From assembly GCA_023145515.1 (NCBI GenBank), contig JAGLDP010000001.1, positions 1-58,438 on the forward strand: a DNA stretch of 58,438 bases. The letters run 5' to 3'. The stretch's first letter is position 1. Each line of letters opens with the position of its first letter. Of the stretch, positions 36,606-45,482 are shown one piece after another. The notes beneath the pieces are model-generated. The model made no database searches, was not told the DNA's origin, and saw nothing but the letters and a program-made list of their open reading frames with translations. Source of the stretch: Bacteroidales bacterium (GTDB lineage Bacteria; Bacteroidota; Bacteroidia; Bacteroidales; UBA12481). The position numbers were made by a program, and so were the translations under genes.

Positions 36606-37775
36606 ATGACAGAGGCTGAGAAACGTAATTTTGATATTGTTATTATTGGTGCAGGACCAGGAGGTATTGCCACTGCCTTGGGACTTCGGTCGCTCATTTC
36701 TCGTTTTCCTGGTAAGATTGCATTAATTGATAAAGCTATTTTTCCAAGAGAAAAAGTGTGTGGTGATGCTGTTCCTTTCTGGGTATTGAGAGATCTTGAT
36801 CTGGTTTGTCCTGGTATCCATGAAAAAGCAAATAATCTCCTTAAGCCTGGTAGATTCAAGCAAACTAAACTCCAGGTAAATTCAGGTAGCAGCCTGACTT
36901 ATAAGTGGAATGGTGTTGGATATATGATTCCGCGTTTTGAGCTTGATAATTTTCTTTTAGAAGAAGTTAAGAAGATTGATGGCTTGACGATTTTGGAAAA
37001 TACTTCGGTAAAAAGGATTGTCAGGACAGATGAAGGTTTTTCTTTACGCAACTCTGATCGGGAAGAGATATTAACGGCCAGATATGTTATTGGAGCGGAT
37101 GGAGCGCCTTCAACAGTTGTAAGAAGTATAAGACCCGGATTTCAGAAAATGGCACGGTCAGGAAGTGCTATTAGAGGTTATTTTTCAGATTTGAATATCC
37201 AGGATCCTGAAACATCCTTGGTTTTTTATCAAAAAAAATATGCTCCTGGCTATTTCTGGCTATTCCCATTGTCATCCAGTCGTGCAAATGTTGGCTTCGG
37301 AATGGGAAATGCTTGTCGTCAGAGGAAAAGGATAAATCTTAATGAGGCCTTCTGGCACTTTATTAATGAGGAGCCAGAGCTAAAGGAGATTCTATCTGGT
37401 GGACGGTTAGAAGGTTCGCTTAAAGGGGGTATGCTGCCGTTTTCAAAGGGTGTGGAAAGTGTTATCGGAAAAGGTTATGCTCTTGTGGGAGATGCTGCCA
37501 ATTTAAATGATCCTTTTTCGGGAGATGGTATCAGAAATGCAGTTATCAGTGGAGTCTTTCTGGGAGAATGTCTTGAAGCCAATTATGAGAAAAGTGATTT
37601 GTTTTCATTGGAACTCACTGGATACCAGAAAAAGCTATCAGAGAAACTACATAAATCTCTAAGATTCAGAGCTCGTCTTGTTCGCTTAGCATCGCGTCTA
37701 CCCTTTTTGCTTGAAATGGCAATTCGCTTGGGGAACAAAAAGTGGATGAAAAGCTGGATCATGAAATGGATTTGA
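36606..37775 (+). CDS. FAD-dependent oxidoreductase, geranylgeranyl reductase family
   Basis: Dinucleotide fold 'DIVIIGAGPGGIATA'. 'VIGADGAPSTV' and 'ALVGDAANLNDPFSGDGI' motifs. Confidence 0.82.
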   Translation: MTEAEKRNFDIVIIGAGPGGIATALGLRSLISRFPGKIALIDKAIFPREKVCGDAVPFWVLRDLDLVCPGIHEKANNLLKPGRFKQTKLQVNSGSSLTYKWNGVGYMIPRFELDNFLLEEVKKIDGLTILENTSVKRIVRTDEGFSLRNSDREEILTARYVIGADGAPSTVVRSIRPGFQKMARSGSAIRGYFSDLNIQDPETSLVFYQKKYAPGYFWLFPLSSSRANVGFGMGNACRQRKRINLNEAFWHFINEEPELKEILSGGRLEGSLKGGMLPFSKGVESVIGKGYALVGDAANLNDPFSGDGIRNAVISGVFLGECLEANYEKSDLFSLELTGYQKKLSEKLHKSLRFRARLVRLASRLPFLLEMAIRLGNKKWMKSWIMKWI

Positions 37776-37824
37776 TCTGACATTTTTTCTTTCCTCAGCA
37801 TGTAGTACTTTTACGCACTAATCA

Positions 37825-39246
37825 TTGAAAATTATACCAGTGGCCAGGAGAAATAAATATCCGTTGCTTGAAAATGTACTGATTAGTGATATTGGTGCAG
37901 AAGGTAAAGCTCTTGCTAGACTTGAAAATAAAGTTGTATTTGTAACAGGTGCTATTCCCGGAGATGTTGTAGACATTCAGGTGAAGCGAAAACGCAAGTC
38001 TTTCATGGAAGGCAGAGTTGTTCGTTTTCATAAGTATTCTCAGGACAGAGAGGAGGCTGTGTGCGAACATTTTGGCGTTTGTGGTGGCTGCAAATGGCAG
38101 ATGCTACCTTACGAAAAGCAAATTGGGTTTAAAGAAAAGCAGGTTAAAGACCAGCTTGAGCGGATCGGAGGGTTCAAAGGACTGGAGCTTAATCCAATTC
38201 TGGGATCAAAAGAGTCTGAATTCTATCGGAACAAATTGGAATTTACTTTTTCCAACAAAAGATGGCTCACGGAAGATGAGATAAAAGAAGATAATGATTT
38301 CAAGGATCGGGATGCTCTGGGATTTCATATCCCCGGACTGTTTGATAAGATCGTGGATATCAAAAAATGCTGGCTTCAGCCTGATCCCTCCAATGCGATT
38401 CGCTTGGCTGTCAAAAGCTTTGCTCTTGAGAATAAACTTAGTTTTTTTGATATCCGTGAGCAGGTTGGATTGCTTAGGAATCTGATTATTCGTACTGCTT
38501 CTACCGGAGAGGTCATGGTAATCGTATCCTTCTTTGAGGATGATTCTGAGGCTATTAAGTCTTTAATGGACCATCTGAAGGATAAATTTCCGGATATTAC
38601 ATCGCTTCAATATGTGGTTAACCAGAAAAAGAATGATACGATTCTCGACCAGAGGATTATATGCTACCACGGCAGAGATCATATTTTTGAAAAGATGGAG
38701 GAGTTGAAATTCAAAATCGGACCAAAGTCGTTTTATCAGACTAACTCATCTCAGGCTTATGAATTGTATAAGGTTGCCCGGGATTTTGCTGACTTTCAGG
38801 GACATGAAACAGTGTATGATTTATATACTGGCACTGGCACGATTGCAAATTTCATGGCTTCAAAAGTGAATAAAGTAGTTGGTATTGAGGCAGTTCCGGA
38901 GGCTATTGATGATGCTAGAGTAAATGCTGAGCTAAACGGTATTACTAATGCAGAATTTGTGGTAGGAGACATGAAGGATGTTTTTAACGATACGCTTTTT
39001 ACTAAATATGGTAGGCCTGATGTTATAATTCTGGATCCCCCAAGAGCGGGCCTGCATGAGAATGTGATAATAGCATTGAAGAAAGCAAAAGCACAGAAAA
39101 TCATCTATATATCCTGCAATCCTGCAACTCAAGCCAGAGACCTGGCCTTACTGGCAGATTTATACACTATAGAAGCAGTTCAACCGGTCGATATGTTTCC
39201 CCATACTCACCACGTAGAGAATATTGTTAAAGTAAAACTAATATGA
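37825..39246 (+). CDS. rlmD: 23S rRNA (uracil-C5)-methyltransferase RlmD/RumA family
   Basis: TRAM domain at the N-terminus. Fe-S cysteines 'CEHFGVCGGCKWQ'. SAM motif 'DLYTGTGTIA'. Catalytic 'ISCNPATQARDL'. The start is a TTG and is uncertain; GTG 37840 is an alternative. Confidence 0.85.
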   Translation: MKIIPVARRNKYPLLENVLISDIGAEGKALARLENKVVFVTGAIPGDVVDIQVKRKRKSFMEGRVVRFHKYSQDREEAVCEHFGVCGGCKWQMLPYEKQIGFKEKQVKDQLERIGGFKGLELNPILGSKESEFYRNKLEFTFSNKRWLTEDEIKEDNDFKDRDALGFHIPGLFDKIVDIKKCWLQPDPSNAIRLAVKSFALENKLSFFDIREQVGLLRNLIIRTASTGEVMVIVSFFEDDSEAIKSLMDHLKDKFPDITSLQYVVNQKKNDTILDQRIICYHGRDHIFEKMEELKFKIGPKSFYQTNSSQAYELYKVARDFADFQGHETVYDLYTGTGTIANFMASKVNKVVGIEAVPEAIDDARVNAELNGITNAEFVVGDMKDVFNDTLFTKYGRPDVIILDPPRAGLHENVIIALKKAKAQKIIYISCNPATQARDLALLADLYTIEAVQPVDMFPHTHHVENIVKVKLI

Positions 39247-40691
39247 GTTCATTCGCTGTAACCTTAAAGAAATTCCCAGCTTCATTTTGGTGGGCTAATA
39301 CCATGGAGTTGTTTGAGCGTTGGGCTTGGTATGGAATGTTTATTCCACTGGCTTTGTATTTGACAGGATCAACAGATACCGGAGCGCTGGGCTTTTCTCA
39401 AGCTGAAAAGGGAACCTTAATGGGCACAGTAGTCGCCATTTTGTATATTTTACCGCTAATCACAGGAGCTCTTGCAGATAAGTTTGGATTTAGGAAGACT
39501 CTGATAGTTGCATATCTGGTACTTGCATCCGGATATTATGCAATGGGACAAGTATCGTCATATTCTCATGTTTTTCTTGTATTCCTTTGGGTAGCATTAG
39601 GAGCTGGATTGTTTAAACCAGTAGTGCAGGCAACAGTTGGTAAAACTACCGATGAAACAACTTCTTCTATTGGATTTGGAATTTTCTATATGATCGTAAA
39701 TATTGGTGCCTTTATTGGTCCTATTGTTGCATCTATTCTTAGAGGCTGGAGTTGGTCATACGTTTTTACAGCCTCCGCAATTGCCATTCTTGTCAACCTC
39801 GTTATTGTAATATTTTTCTTCAAAGAACCTGACCGTGAGAAAAATACAGAGCCTTTAGGGAAGTCAATAAAAACCATTTTTAAAAATATTTTTGTTGCTC
39901 TAAGCGATATGAAGCTTCTATTGTTTCTGATTATCATTGTTGGATTCTGGACAATGTACAATCAGTTGTTCTATACCTTACCGGTATTTATTGACCAATG
40001 GGTGCATACCGCAGCAATGTTTGATGCCATTCATAAGGTCTGGCCATGGTTGGCTTCTGCTCTTGATACACAGAATGTTGGTGCAGTGGCTGCAGAAATG
40101 CTGGTTAATGTGGATGCCATGTTTATCGTAATACTACAGATTGCTGTTTCCACATTTGTGATGAAATACAAGCCGCTAAATGCAATGATTGTGGGAATTC
40201 TGATATGCACTATTGGTATGTCATTGACCTTATTGACACAAAACGGTTTTTTCCTTGTTTTGTCAATTTTCATCTTTGCTTTAGGCGAAATGTCCTCTTC
40301 TCCAAAAACATCTGAATATATTGCTCGTATAGCACCAAAAGATAAAGTCGCACTGTATATGGGATGTTCATTTTTACCCTATGCTGGTGGTAATTTTTTC
40401 GCCGGACAAATATCCGGAGGTGTATATGAGAAATTGTCAGATAAGGTGTCATTACTTGAGAAGGCAGTTGCTGAAAATGGGTTTGTTATTCCGGCTATTT
40501 CTGATGGAGGATTCACGCAAAATGAGTACTTCACCAGGGCAGGTGAGTTATTCGGAATGAATCAGTTGGAGCTGACAGATTTTCTATGGCAAACATATCA
40601 TCCGATGAGGATTTGGTATGTTGTGTTGGGGATTGGACTAGGTACCGTATTATTACTTTGGCTCTATGATAAGCTAATATTGAAGAGCTAG
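39243..40691 (+). CDS. proton-dependent oligopeptide transporter (POT/PTR2 family MFS)
   Basis: 'FWWANTMELFERWAWYGMF' is a variant of the POT ExxERFxYY motif. 'GALADKFGFRKT'. About 12-14 TM helices. 4-nt overlap with rlmD. Confidence 0.82.
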   Translation: MSSFAVTLKKFPASFWWANTMELFERWAWYGMFIPLALYLTGSTDTGALGFSQAEKGTLMGTVVAILYILPLITGALADKFGFRKTLIVAYLVLASGYYAMGQVSSYSHVFLVFLWVALGAGLFKPVVQATVGKTTDETTSSIGFGIFYMIVNIGAFIGPIVASILRGWSWSYVFTASAIAILVNLVIVIFFFKEPDREKNTEPLGKSIKTIFKNIFVALSDMKLLLFLIIIVGFWTMYNQLFYTLPVFIDQWVHTAAMFDAIHKVWPWLASALDTQNVGAVAAEMLVNVDAMFIVILQIAVSTFVMKYKPLNAMIVGILICTIGMSLTLLTQNGFFLVLSIFIFALGEMSSSPKTSEYIARIAPKDKVALYMGCSFLPYAGGNFFAGQISGGVYEKLSDKVSLLEKAVAENGFVIPAISDGGFTQNEYFTRAGELFGMNQLELTDFLWQTYHPMRIWYVVLGIGLGTVLLLWLYDKLILKS

Positions 40692-40718
40692 CTCAGGGGT
40701 TAAGGCTCAGGGCTCAGG
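40691..40718. repeat. heptamer array GCTCAGG-GGTTAAG-GCTCAGG-GCTCAGG
   Basis: Read directly. It occupies the whole 28-nt gap between the convergent POT and LruC genes. Confidence 0.85.
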
Positions 40719-40719
40719 G

Positions 40720-42570
40720 TTATTTCTTTTTGAAAATTCGTTTCCTGTCTCTGTATCCGTCTTTATCCTGATACCAGTCGTTTCTTGAACTTCCTGCTGT
40801 TTCTGCCCATTCAATAAAGTAAAGATATGCTGAATCAACAGAAGTCTTTTCTTCAGGATATTCAAATGATGTAGGTATATCAAGAGCCCAAGGAAGATTT
40901 GATGCGGTATTGAAGTATCTGGAATTAGCAGAATTGCTATAGTCATTACCAGTTCCAAAAAGACTCTTATCCATCAGATCAGTAGGTTCTTGTCCGAATA
41001 AATGAATCTCATGATCTCGTCTCCCATTTGTGAAAATGAATGGATTATACGGAGGGGAACCCAAGTCCTCATCAGTTAATGCTTTTGTCAGGCTAATTTT
41101 AATATTGAATGTATAAGGGTCAGCTTGTTCAGAGTCTGTACGAGTATTTACAAATGATACACCAGGTACACGAACATAATTCCAAGCATCTTCAAATACT
41201 ATAATACATGTTTTATCAATATCAGACTCAGTTCCATTTCCACGAATTTTAACAATTCCTTCTTTATGTTCTTGTCCGCTTACTCCTGCAACCAAGCTCT
41301 GGTCAAATGGTAGTTGAAAACCAAACCCGTTATGGAATGATCCGCCTATTGCTCTGAGATTTATTGTAGCAAGGATTTCAATAATTTTATTTTCAGAATT
41401 TCGTACTTGATTATACCGGTAGTCCAATACCAGATCATTAAAATCATAATCTCCGGTTGCAGGCCATAGGTCTTCAAATGCTAAAGTGCCGAATCCATCT
41501 GCAGAAGGATAGTAGTCATTATATGCTCTGTCTGGATCATTTGGGTAATCATCTTCATCATCGTTAACTCCGTCATTATCAGCATCTACGTCGGCGTAAT
41601 ATGTGGATGTTACATCATCAACCCAAACAGTCTGTTTATTTCCCAGATCCTGAATTACAAGTTTTATGTAAGAGGTGTTATCGGGTACATCACTGCTAAC
41701 TTCCAGAGCTTGCCATCCATCTGGGTTCTTAATATTATAACTTGAGTTTCGGGTTCTTAGTTTTTTTCCATCATCTGAGTAAAAGTAAAGGAAGATCTTT
41801 ATCTTAATTCTATCCTGATCAGGCGATAAAGCTTTCATCTGTGCAGAAAACTCACCACCTTCTGTCCAACTAATAGTCTGAAATACCTCAACTTTCTTTT
41901 TGCTATTTTGTCCAAATTTAAGAGCTGAATTACTTTGGTATTCCTCAATACTGGCCGGACCTTTATTTCTTGTTGAAACATACCAACTTCCATCAACATT
42001 AAGGTTGTCAGTATAAGTGCTGGTTTCAGTCAAAGCCTCATCTGAAAAGTCAGAATTAGCAAATACTGAAGCCTTCATTCCCTTTACTCCGGATTTCATA
42101 CCAGGATCCTGAGAGGCTCCTTCAGGCAATTCCAGATACTTTAATTTTGTTTCCTCATCAGGGTCGGTCCAGGCATAAGGAAAGGGTAAAGTTCCCCAAC
42201 AGGCCCATGAATATATGTATTCAAAGTTGCCAGTAGTAGGAAAATACACAATCATTTGTCCGGTATTGGTAGGAATCTTATAATATAAGTGAGTAGTGTC
42301 GTCGTGAATAACTCCTCGCGTGAGCACCTGAAAGTTTGTGTCAAGCAGATAAATTCTATGGCCTTCAATGGATTCAATACTATCGTTTTGCAGCTGTAGG
42401 TCAATAGCTAAATCGACTTTAGTTGCGAGGGTCCATGAGAAGTTAGCAGGAACCTGCACTGTATTAAGACTTCGTCCGTTTTTGAAGGGATTGAAAAATG
42501 CAGAATTTTCACATCCGGAAAGAACCAGGATGATTATGATGCAAGCTGTGAGAATTCTTTTGATAGTCAT
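40720..42570 (-). CDS. LruC domain-containing lipoprotein
   Basis: Lipobox 'LVLSGC' after the ATG at 42570. Calcium-binding-type 'DVDADNDGVNDDEDDYPNDPD'. LruC signature 'FEDLWPATGDYDFNDLVLDY'. Confidence 0.82.
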   Translation of the reverse strand: MTIKRILTACIIIILVLSGCENSAFFNPFKNGRSLNTVQVPANFSWTLATKVDLAIDLQLQNDSIESIEGHRIYLLDTNFQVLTRGVIHDDTTHLYYKIPTNTGQMIVYFPTTGNFEYIYSWACWGTLPFPYAWTDPDEETKLKYLELPEGASQDPGMKSGVKGMKASVFANSDFSDEALTETSTYTDNLNVDGSWYVSTRNKGPASIEEYQSNSALKFGQNSKKKVEVFQTISWTEGGEFSAQMKALSPDQDRIKIKIFLYFYSDDGKKLRTRNSSYNIKNPDGWQALEVSSDVPDNTSYIKLVIQDLGNKQTVWVDDVTSTYYADVDADNDGVNDDEDDYPNDPDRAYNDYYPSADGFGTLAFEDLWPATGDYDFNDLVLDYRYNQVRNSENKIIEILATINLRAIGGSFHNGFGFQLPFDQSLVAGVSGQEHKEGIVKIRGNGTESDIDKTCIIVFEDAWNYVRVPGVSFVNTRTDSEQADPYTFNIKISLTKALTDEDLGSPPYNPFIFTNGRRDHEIHLFGQEPTDLMDKSLFGTGNDYSNSANSRYFNTASNLPWALDIPTSFEYPEEKTSVDSAYLYFIEWAETAGSSRNDWYQDKDGYRDRKRIFKKK

Positions 42571-42587
42571 AATATTCAAATACAAAT

Positions 42588-42595
42588 CAAAACTA
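42588..42595 (-). promoter_or_regulatory. candidate -7 promoter box TAnnTTTG upstream of the LruC gene
   Basis: Minus strand reads TAGTTTTG. It ends 17 nt before the ATG at 42570, which supports that start over 42618. Confidence 0.45.
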
Positions 42596-42649
42596 TAAAT
42601 TTTTGGATGATCTTGCAAATATCTTTGATGAACGACGTATTTTGTCTTG

Positions 42650-43255
42650 CTAATAATGATTTTTAACTTGACTTATTGAGATTTCGATAGCCTCATCCCA
42701 GGGCATCATGGCATTAAAAAGTCTGACTTTTTCAAAATCCATTAGTTGGCTCAATTGTATATCATGGAGCTCAATCAGCCCCTGATTAATCAAACTTGCT
42801 CGTCTGGTTCCGGGGAGCAGAGGATACATCGGACTCAACCATTTTTTTCCATTCCAAAATGCCAGATTTGTGAATGTGGTATCAGTGATTCGATTTCCAA
42901 TCACTATTAGTGCTTCAGTATATTTTGGGAATGTCTTTTTTAGATTGTTGAGCCTGCGGCGATTTGCGAACTTATGTGGATAGTAAATTGATTTTTCCTG
43001 ACATACTTGCAGACTCTTAATTATTGCCCTGCTATACTCATGGTAATCGATTTTGTACATGTCAGAGTTATATACAATGCGGGCTTTAAGCAGGCGTGTG
43101 TTAGGTGGCGGTGTGCTTTTAAATATTTTCTCTAATGGAGGAAGTTGGCGAATGCCCTCCAGAGCAAGCTGCGAACGAGAAATGCGTTCTTCATGGGCAC
43201 TAAGGTTATCAGGCTTTCCCTGATTAATGCGGATGCTTTCCAGTAATAGGGACAT
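42650..43255 (-). CDS. pabC: class IV aminotransferase-fold protein, probable aminodeoxychorismate lyase
   Basis: Directly downstream of pabB, overlapping it by 32 nt. 'ITDTTFTNLAFWNGKKWLSPMYPLLPGTRRASLI' matches the class IV 'N.f...g.l.TP....LpG.tR' motif. Start at ATG 43255 (MSLLLESIRI...). Confidence 0.65.
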   Translation of the reverse strand: MSLLLESIRINQGKPDNLSAHEERISRSQLALEGIRQLPPLEKIFKSTPPPNTRLLKARIVYNSDMYKIDYHEYSRAIIKSLQVCQEKSIYYPHKFANRRRLNNLKKTFPKYTEALIVIGNRITDTTFTNLAFWNGKKWLSPMYPLLPGTRRASLINQGLIELHDIQLSQLMDFEKVRLFNAMMPWDEAIEISISQVKNHY

Positions 43256-44207
43256 ACACTTTATCTTTGAGTTCCTGGTATTCTTTTTCTGCGTCACTAC
43301 GGTATGTGATGCCGCCTCCACTTTTAAAAATCAAGCCATCGGTGCTTTTTTCAATGTATCGTATCATTACAGCAGAGTCAATATTCTGTCCATCAAAAAC
43401 ACCAAAAACTCCAGTGTAATATCCACGGTCATATCCTTCTACTTCAGTCAATATGTCTACAGTTTTTTCTTTTGGAGCCCCCGTAATACTACCTGCTGGT
43501 AGTAGTTGGAACAGCCACTCTCCCATATTGTCAAGGTGATTTTCAGGCAGTTCTCCAGTAATCATTGAACTTACTTGCAGTATTTCTTTTTCGTGCGTTA
43601 TAATCTTGTCAATATATCTGAATTTTTCTACCTCCACATTGATTGCTATGCCACTCAAGTCATTACGCATTAAATCAACAATAGTATAGTGCTCAGCTTC
43701 TTCTTTTTTGTCATTGAGGATCTCATTGTGAGCATCTTCAATACTTGCATCTATCGTTCCTTTCATCGGGAAAGTTTCAATTCTAAGCCCTTTTGTGCGG
43801 ATGAATATTTCGGGAGAAAAAACAACAAACTGATTGTTAATCAAAAGCTTATATGGGGCATGACTGCTGGCATATATTTCTTCCAGACTCCAATTGATCT
43901 CTAACTTAGTAGCTTGACTGAGATTAACCAGAAAGGTATTTCCATATTCAATATGCTGAATGACTTGCCGGAATTTTTCGGTATAAGCATTTAGACTTAC
44001 CGGATGCTTTTTTAGAGATAATGGTTCTTTAGGAGGTGTATTTAATTTATCAGGGAAACCCGGAGTGGAAAATTGTATCGAGTTGGGGATACTGTCAAAA
44101 GGGTAAATCAATGGTGTAAGTCCAAGAAAATCAATTATGAACAGAAATGGCAAGCGCGCTTTGGCCATCTCATTCATCTTTTTGATATAGGTTTTGTTCA
44201 CTTGCAT
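43224..44207 (-). CDS. pabB: aminodeoxychorismate synthase component I (short, chorismate-binding domain only)
   Basis: 'PAGSITGAPK', 'RGYYTGVFG', 'GGGITYRSDAEKEYQE' chorismate-utilising enzyme motifs. 327 aa. Confidence 0.82.
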   Translation of the reverse strand: MQVNKTYIKKMNEMAKARLPFLFIIDFLGLTPLIYPFDSIPNSIQFSTPGFPDKLNTPPKEPLSLKKHPVSLNAYTEKFRQVIQHIEYGNTFLVNLSQATKLEINWSLEEIYASSHAPYKLLINNQFVVFSPEIFIRTKGLRIETFPMKGTIDASIEDAHNEILNDKKEEAEHYTIVDLMRNDLSGIAINVEVEKFRYIDKIITHEKEILQVSSMITGELPENHLDNMGEWLFQLLPAGSITGAPKEKTVDILTEVEGYDRGYYTGVFGVFDGQNIDSAVMIRYIEKSTDGLIFKSGGGITYRSDAEKEYQELKDKVYVPITGKHPH

Positions 44208-44216
44208 GCTGAAAGC

Positions 44217-44232
44217 TACCTTTGCAAAGGTA
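44217..44232. promoter_or_regulatory. perfect 16-bp palindrome TACCTTTGCAAAGGTA giving a TAnnTTTG box on each strand (divergent pabB / pabA promoters)
   Basis: Read directly and self-complementary. The plus-strand box ends 16 nt before the pabA ATG (44241). The minus-strand box ends 17 nt before the pabB ATG (44207). Confidence 0.55.
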
Positions 44233-44240
44233 AAAAAACA

Positions 44241-44825
44241 ATGCTTCAGATGCGGCTATTGATTTTGGATAATAGAGACTCTTTTACTTTTAATCTGGCA
44301 GAGAGTTTTAGAAAGATCGGAGTTGAAGATGTTAAGATCTTTAACTCCGAAAGCTATAGCATTGAGCAATTGGCAGATTATGATCGGATTGTTTTGGGGC
44401 CTGGTCCGGGTTTGCCACAAGACCATCCTATATTGTTTAATCTATTGAACTCTCTGAAACCACATCAATCCGTTTTGGGTATTTGTCTCGGACATGAGGC
44501 TCTGGCTATTCATTATGGAGGACAAATCAGGCATCTTAATAGAGTGTTTCACGGGGATGAAGGAAAGGTTTTGTGGAAGAATGCCCCGGATTATCTTAGT
44601 AAAAACGTTCCTGATGGCTTTGCTGTTGGCTTATATCATTCATGGATTATTGATGAAGCCAGTTTGCCAGAAGATATCGTAGTTACAGCCTTATCTGAGA
44701 ATGGATTAATAATGGGAATAAAGCATGCAAATCTTCCATTATTTGGTTTTCAGTTTCATCCTGAGTCATTTATCACGAAATTTGGTTTGCAGTTATTGAG
44801 TAATTGGTATTATCAGTCGATGTAG
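44241..44825 (+). CDS. pabA: aminodeoxychorismate/anthranilate synthase component II (glutamine amidotransferase)
   Basis: 'ILDNRDSFTFNL', catalytic 'GICLGHEAL' and 'FQFHPES'. ATG 44241 chosen. The track start at 44073 would run through pabB and the promoter palindrome. Confidence 0.85.
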   Translation: MLQMRLLILDNRDSFTFNLAESFRKIGVEDVKIFNSESYSIEQLADYDRIVLGPGPGLPQDHPILFNLLNSLKPHQSVLGICLGHEALAIHYGGQIRHLNRVFHGDEGKVLWKNAPDYLSKNVPDGFAVGLYHSWIIDEASLPEDIVVTALSENGLIMGIKHANLPLFGFQFHPESFITKFGLQLLSNWYYQSM

Positions 44826-44829
44826 AAAT

Positions 44830-45423
44830 ATGAAGTCTTCTAAAAACAATCAGAAATCCAAGGGAAGTAAAATCCGAGGAAATTATCAACAAAAAAAGGG
44901 TCCGGTATTACTCTATTTTACTATTTTTATTGTAGTAAGTATAGCCATGATTACTTTAAATCAAACAAGAAAGAAGAATCTCAATAGTGAACAATCCGGA
45001 CAGTATCCTCAAGCGAGAAATGATAATCCGAGTCAGTTCAATAAGGAGGGTGAACTGAACTTTCTGGATAAAGACGATAAGCTTATCACAAGCATAGATA
45101 TTGAGATAGCTGATGATGATTATCAGACACAGCGAGGATTGATGTACAGACGTAGCATGAGAGAGGATAGGGGGATGCTGTTTATATTTCCGGATATAGA
45201 GGAGCGATCCTTCTGGATGAAGAACACTTACATTTCTTTGGATATACTGTACATTGATGCTAACAAAGAGATTGTTAGTATAGCTGAGAGTGTTGCCACT
45301 AAATCTGAGGAATCAATCTGGTCTGGTGCCCCGGCAAAATATGTTATTGAGGTTGTGGCTGGCTTTGTGGCTCAGCATCAGATTGAGGTTGGAGATCGGT
45401 TTTCTTTTAAGAGAGTATACTGA
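44830..45423 (+). CDS. DUF192 domain-containing protein
   Basis: N-terminal TM anchor. 'QRGLMYRRSMREDRGMLFIF...FWMKNTYISLDILYID' fits the DUF192 core. Confidence 0.75.
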   Translation: MKSSKNNQKSKGSKIRGNYQQKKGPVLLYFTIFIVVSIAMITLNQTRKKNLNSEQSGQYPQARNDNPSQFNKEGELNFLDKDDKLITSIDIEIADDDYQTQRGLMYRRSMREDRGMLFIFPDIEERSFWMKNTYISLDILYIDANKEIVSIAESVATKSEESIWSGAPAKYVIEVVAGFVAQHQIEVGDRFSFKRVY

Positions 45424-45430
45424 TTATAGG

Positions 45431-45482
45431 GCTCAAGGCTCAAGGCTCAAGGCTCAGGGCTCAGGGCTCAGGGCTCAAGGCT
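45431..45482. repeat. tandem heptamer array (GCTCAAG)x3-(GCTCAGG)x3-GCTCAAG-GCT
   Basis: Read directly. 7.4 copies fill 52 of the 59 nt between convergent genes. No inverted-repeat potential. Confidence 0.95.

Noticed and set aside
36545-36859. The 105-codon N-terminal extension of the DUF1643 ORF (track version 35954-36859).
   Set aside because: The extension runs antisense across the start of the divergent FAD-reductase gene and across the TAnnTTTG box. The DUF1643 homology starts only after the internal Met at 36544.
44073-44240. The upstream extension of the pabA ORF. Similar long-start versions occur for tgt (5230), the LptF/G gene (6308), the ABC ATPase (10219), TolC (14571), the MscS gene (29720), the LruC gene (42618) and the pabC-like gene (43321).
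   Set aside because: The extensions use non-ATG starts or overlap neighbouring genes or promoters, and they add residues with no family similarity. Internal starts give canonical N-termini (signal peptides or the first conserved strand).
25716-45482. Whether the short tandem arrays could be a CRISPR locus or degenerate CRISPR remnants.
   Set aside because: The units are 7-8 bp and directly contiguous with no spacers. No cas genes are present. They are microsatellite-like arrays, not CRISPR.
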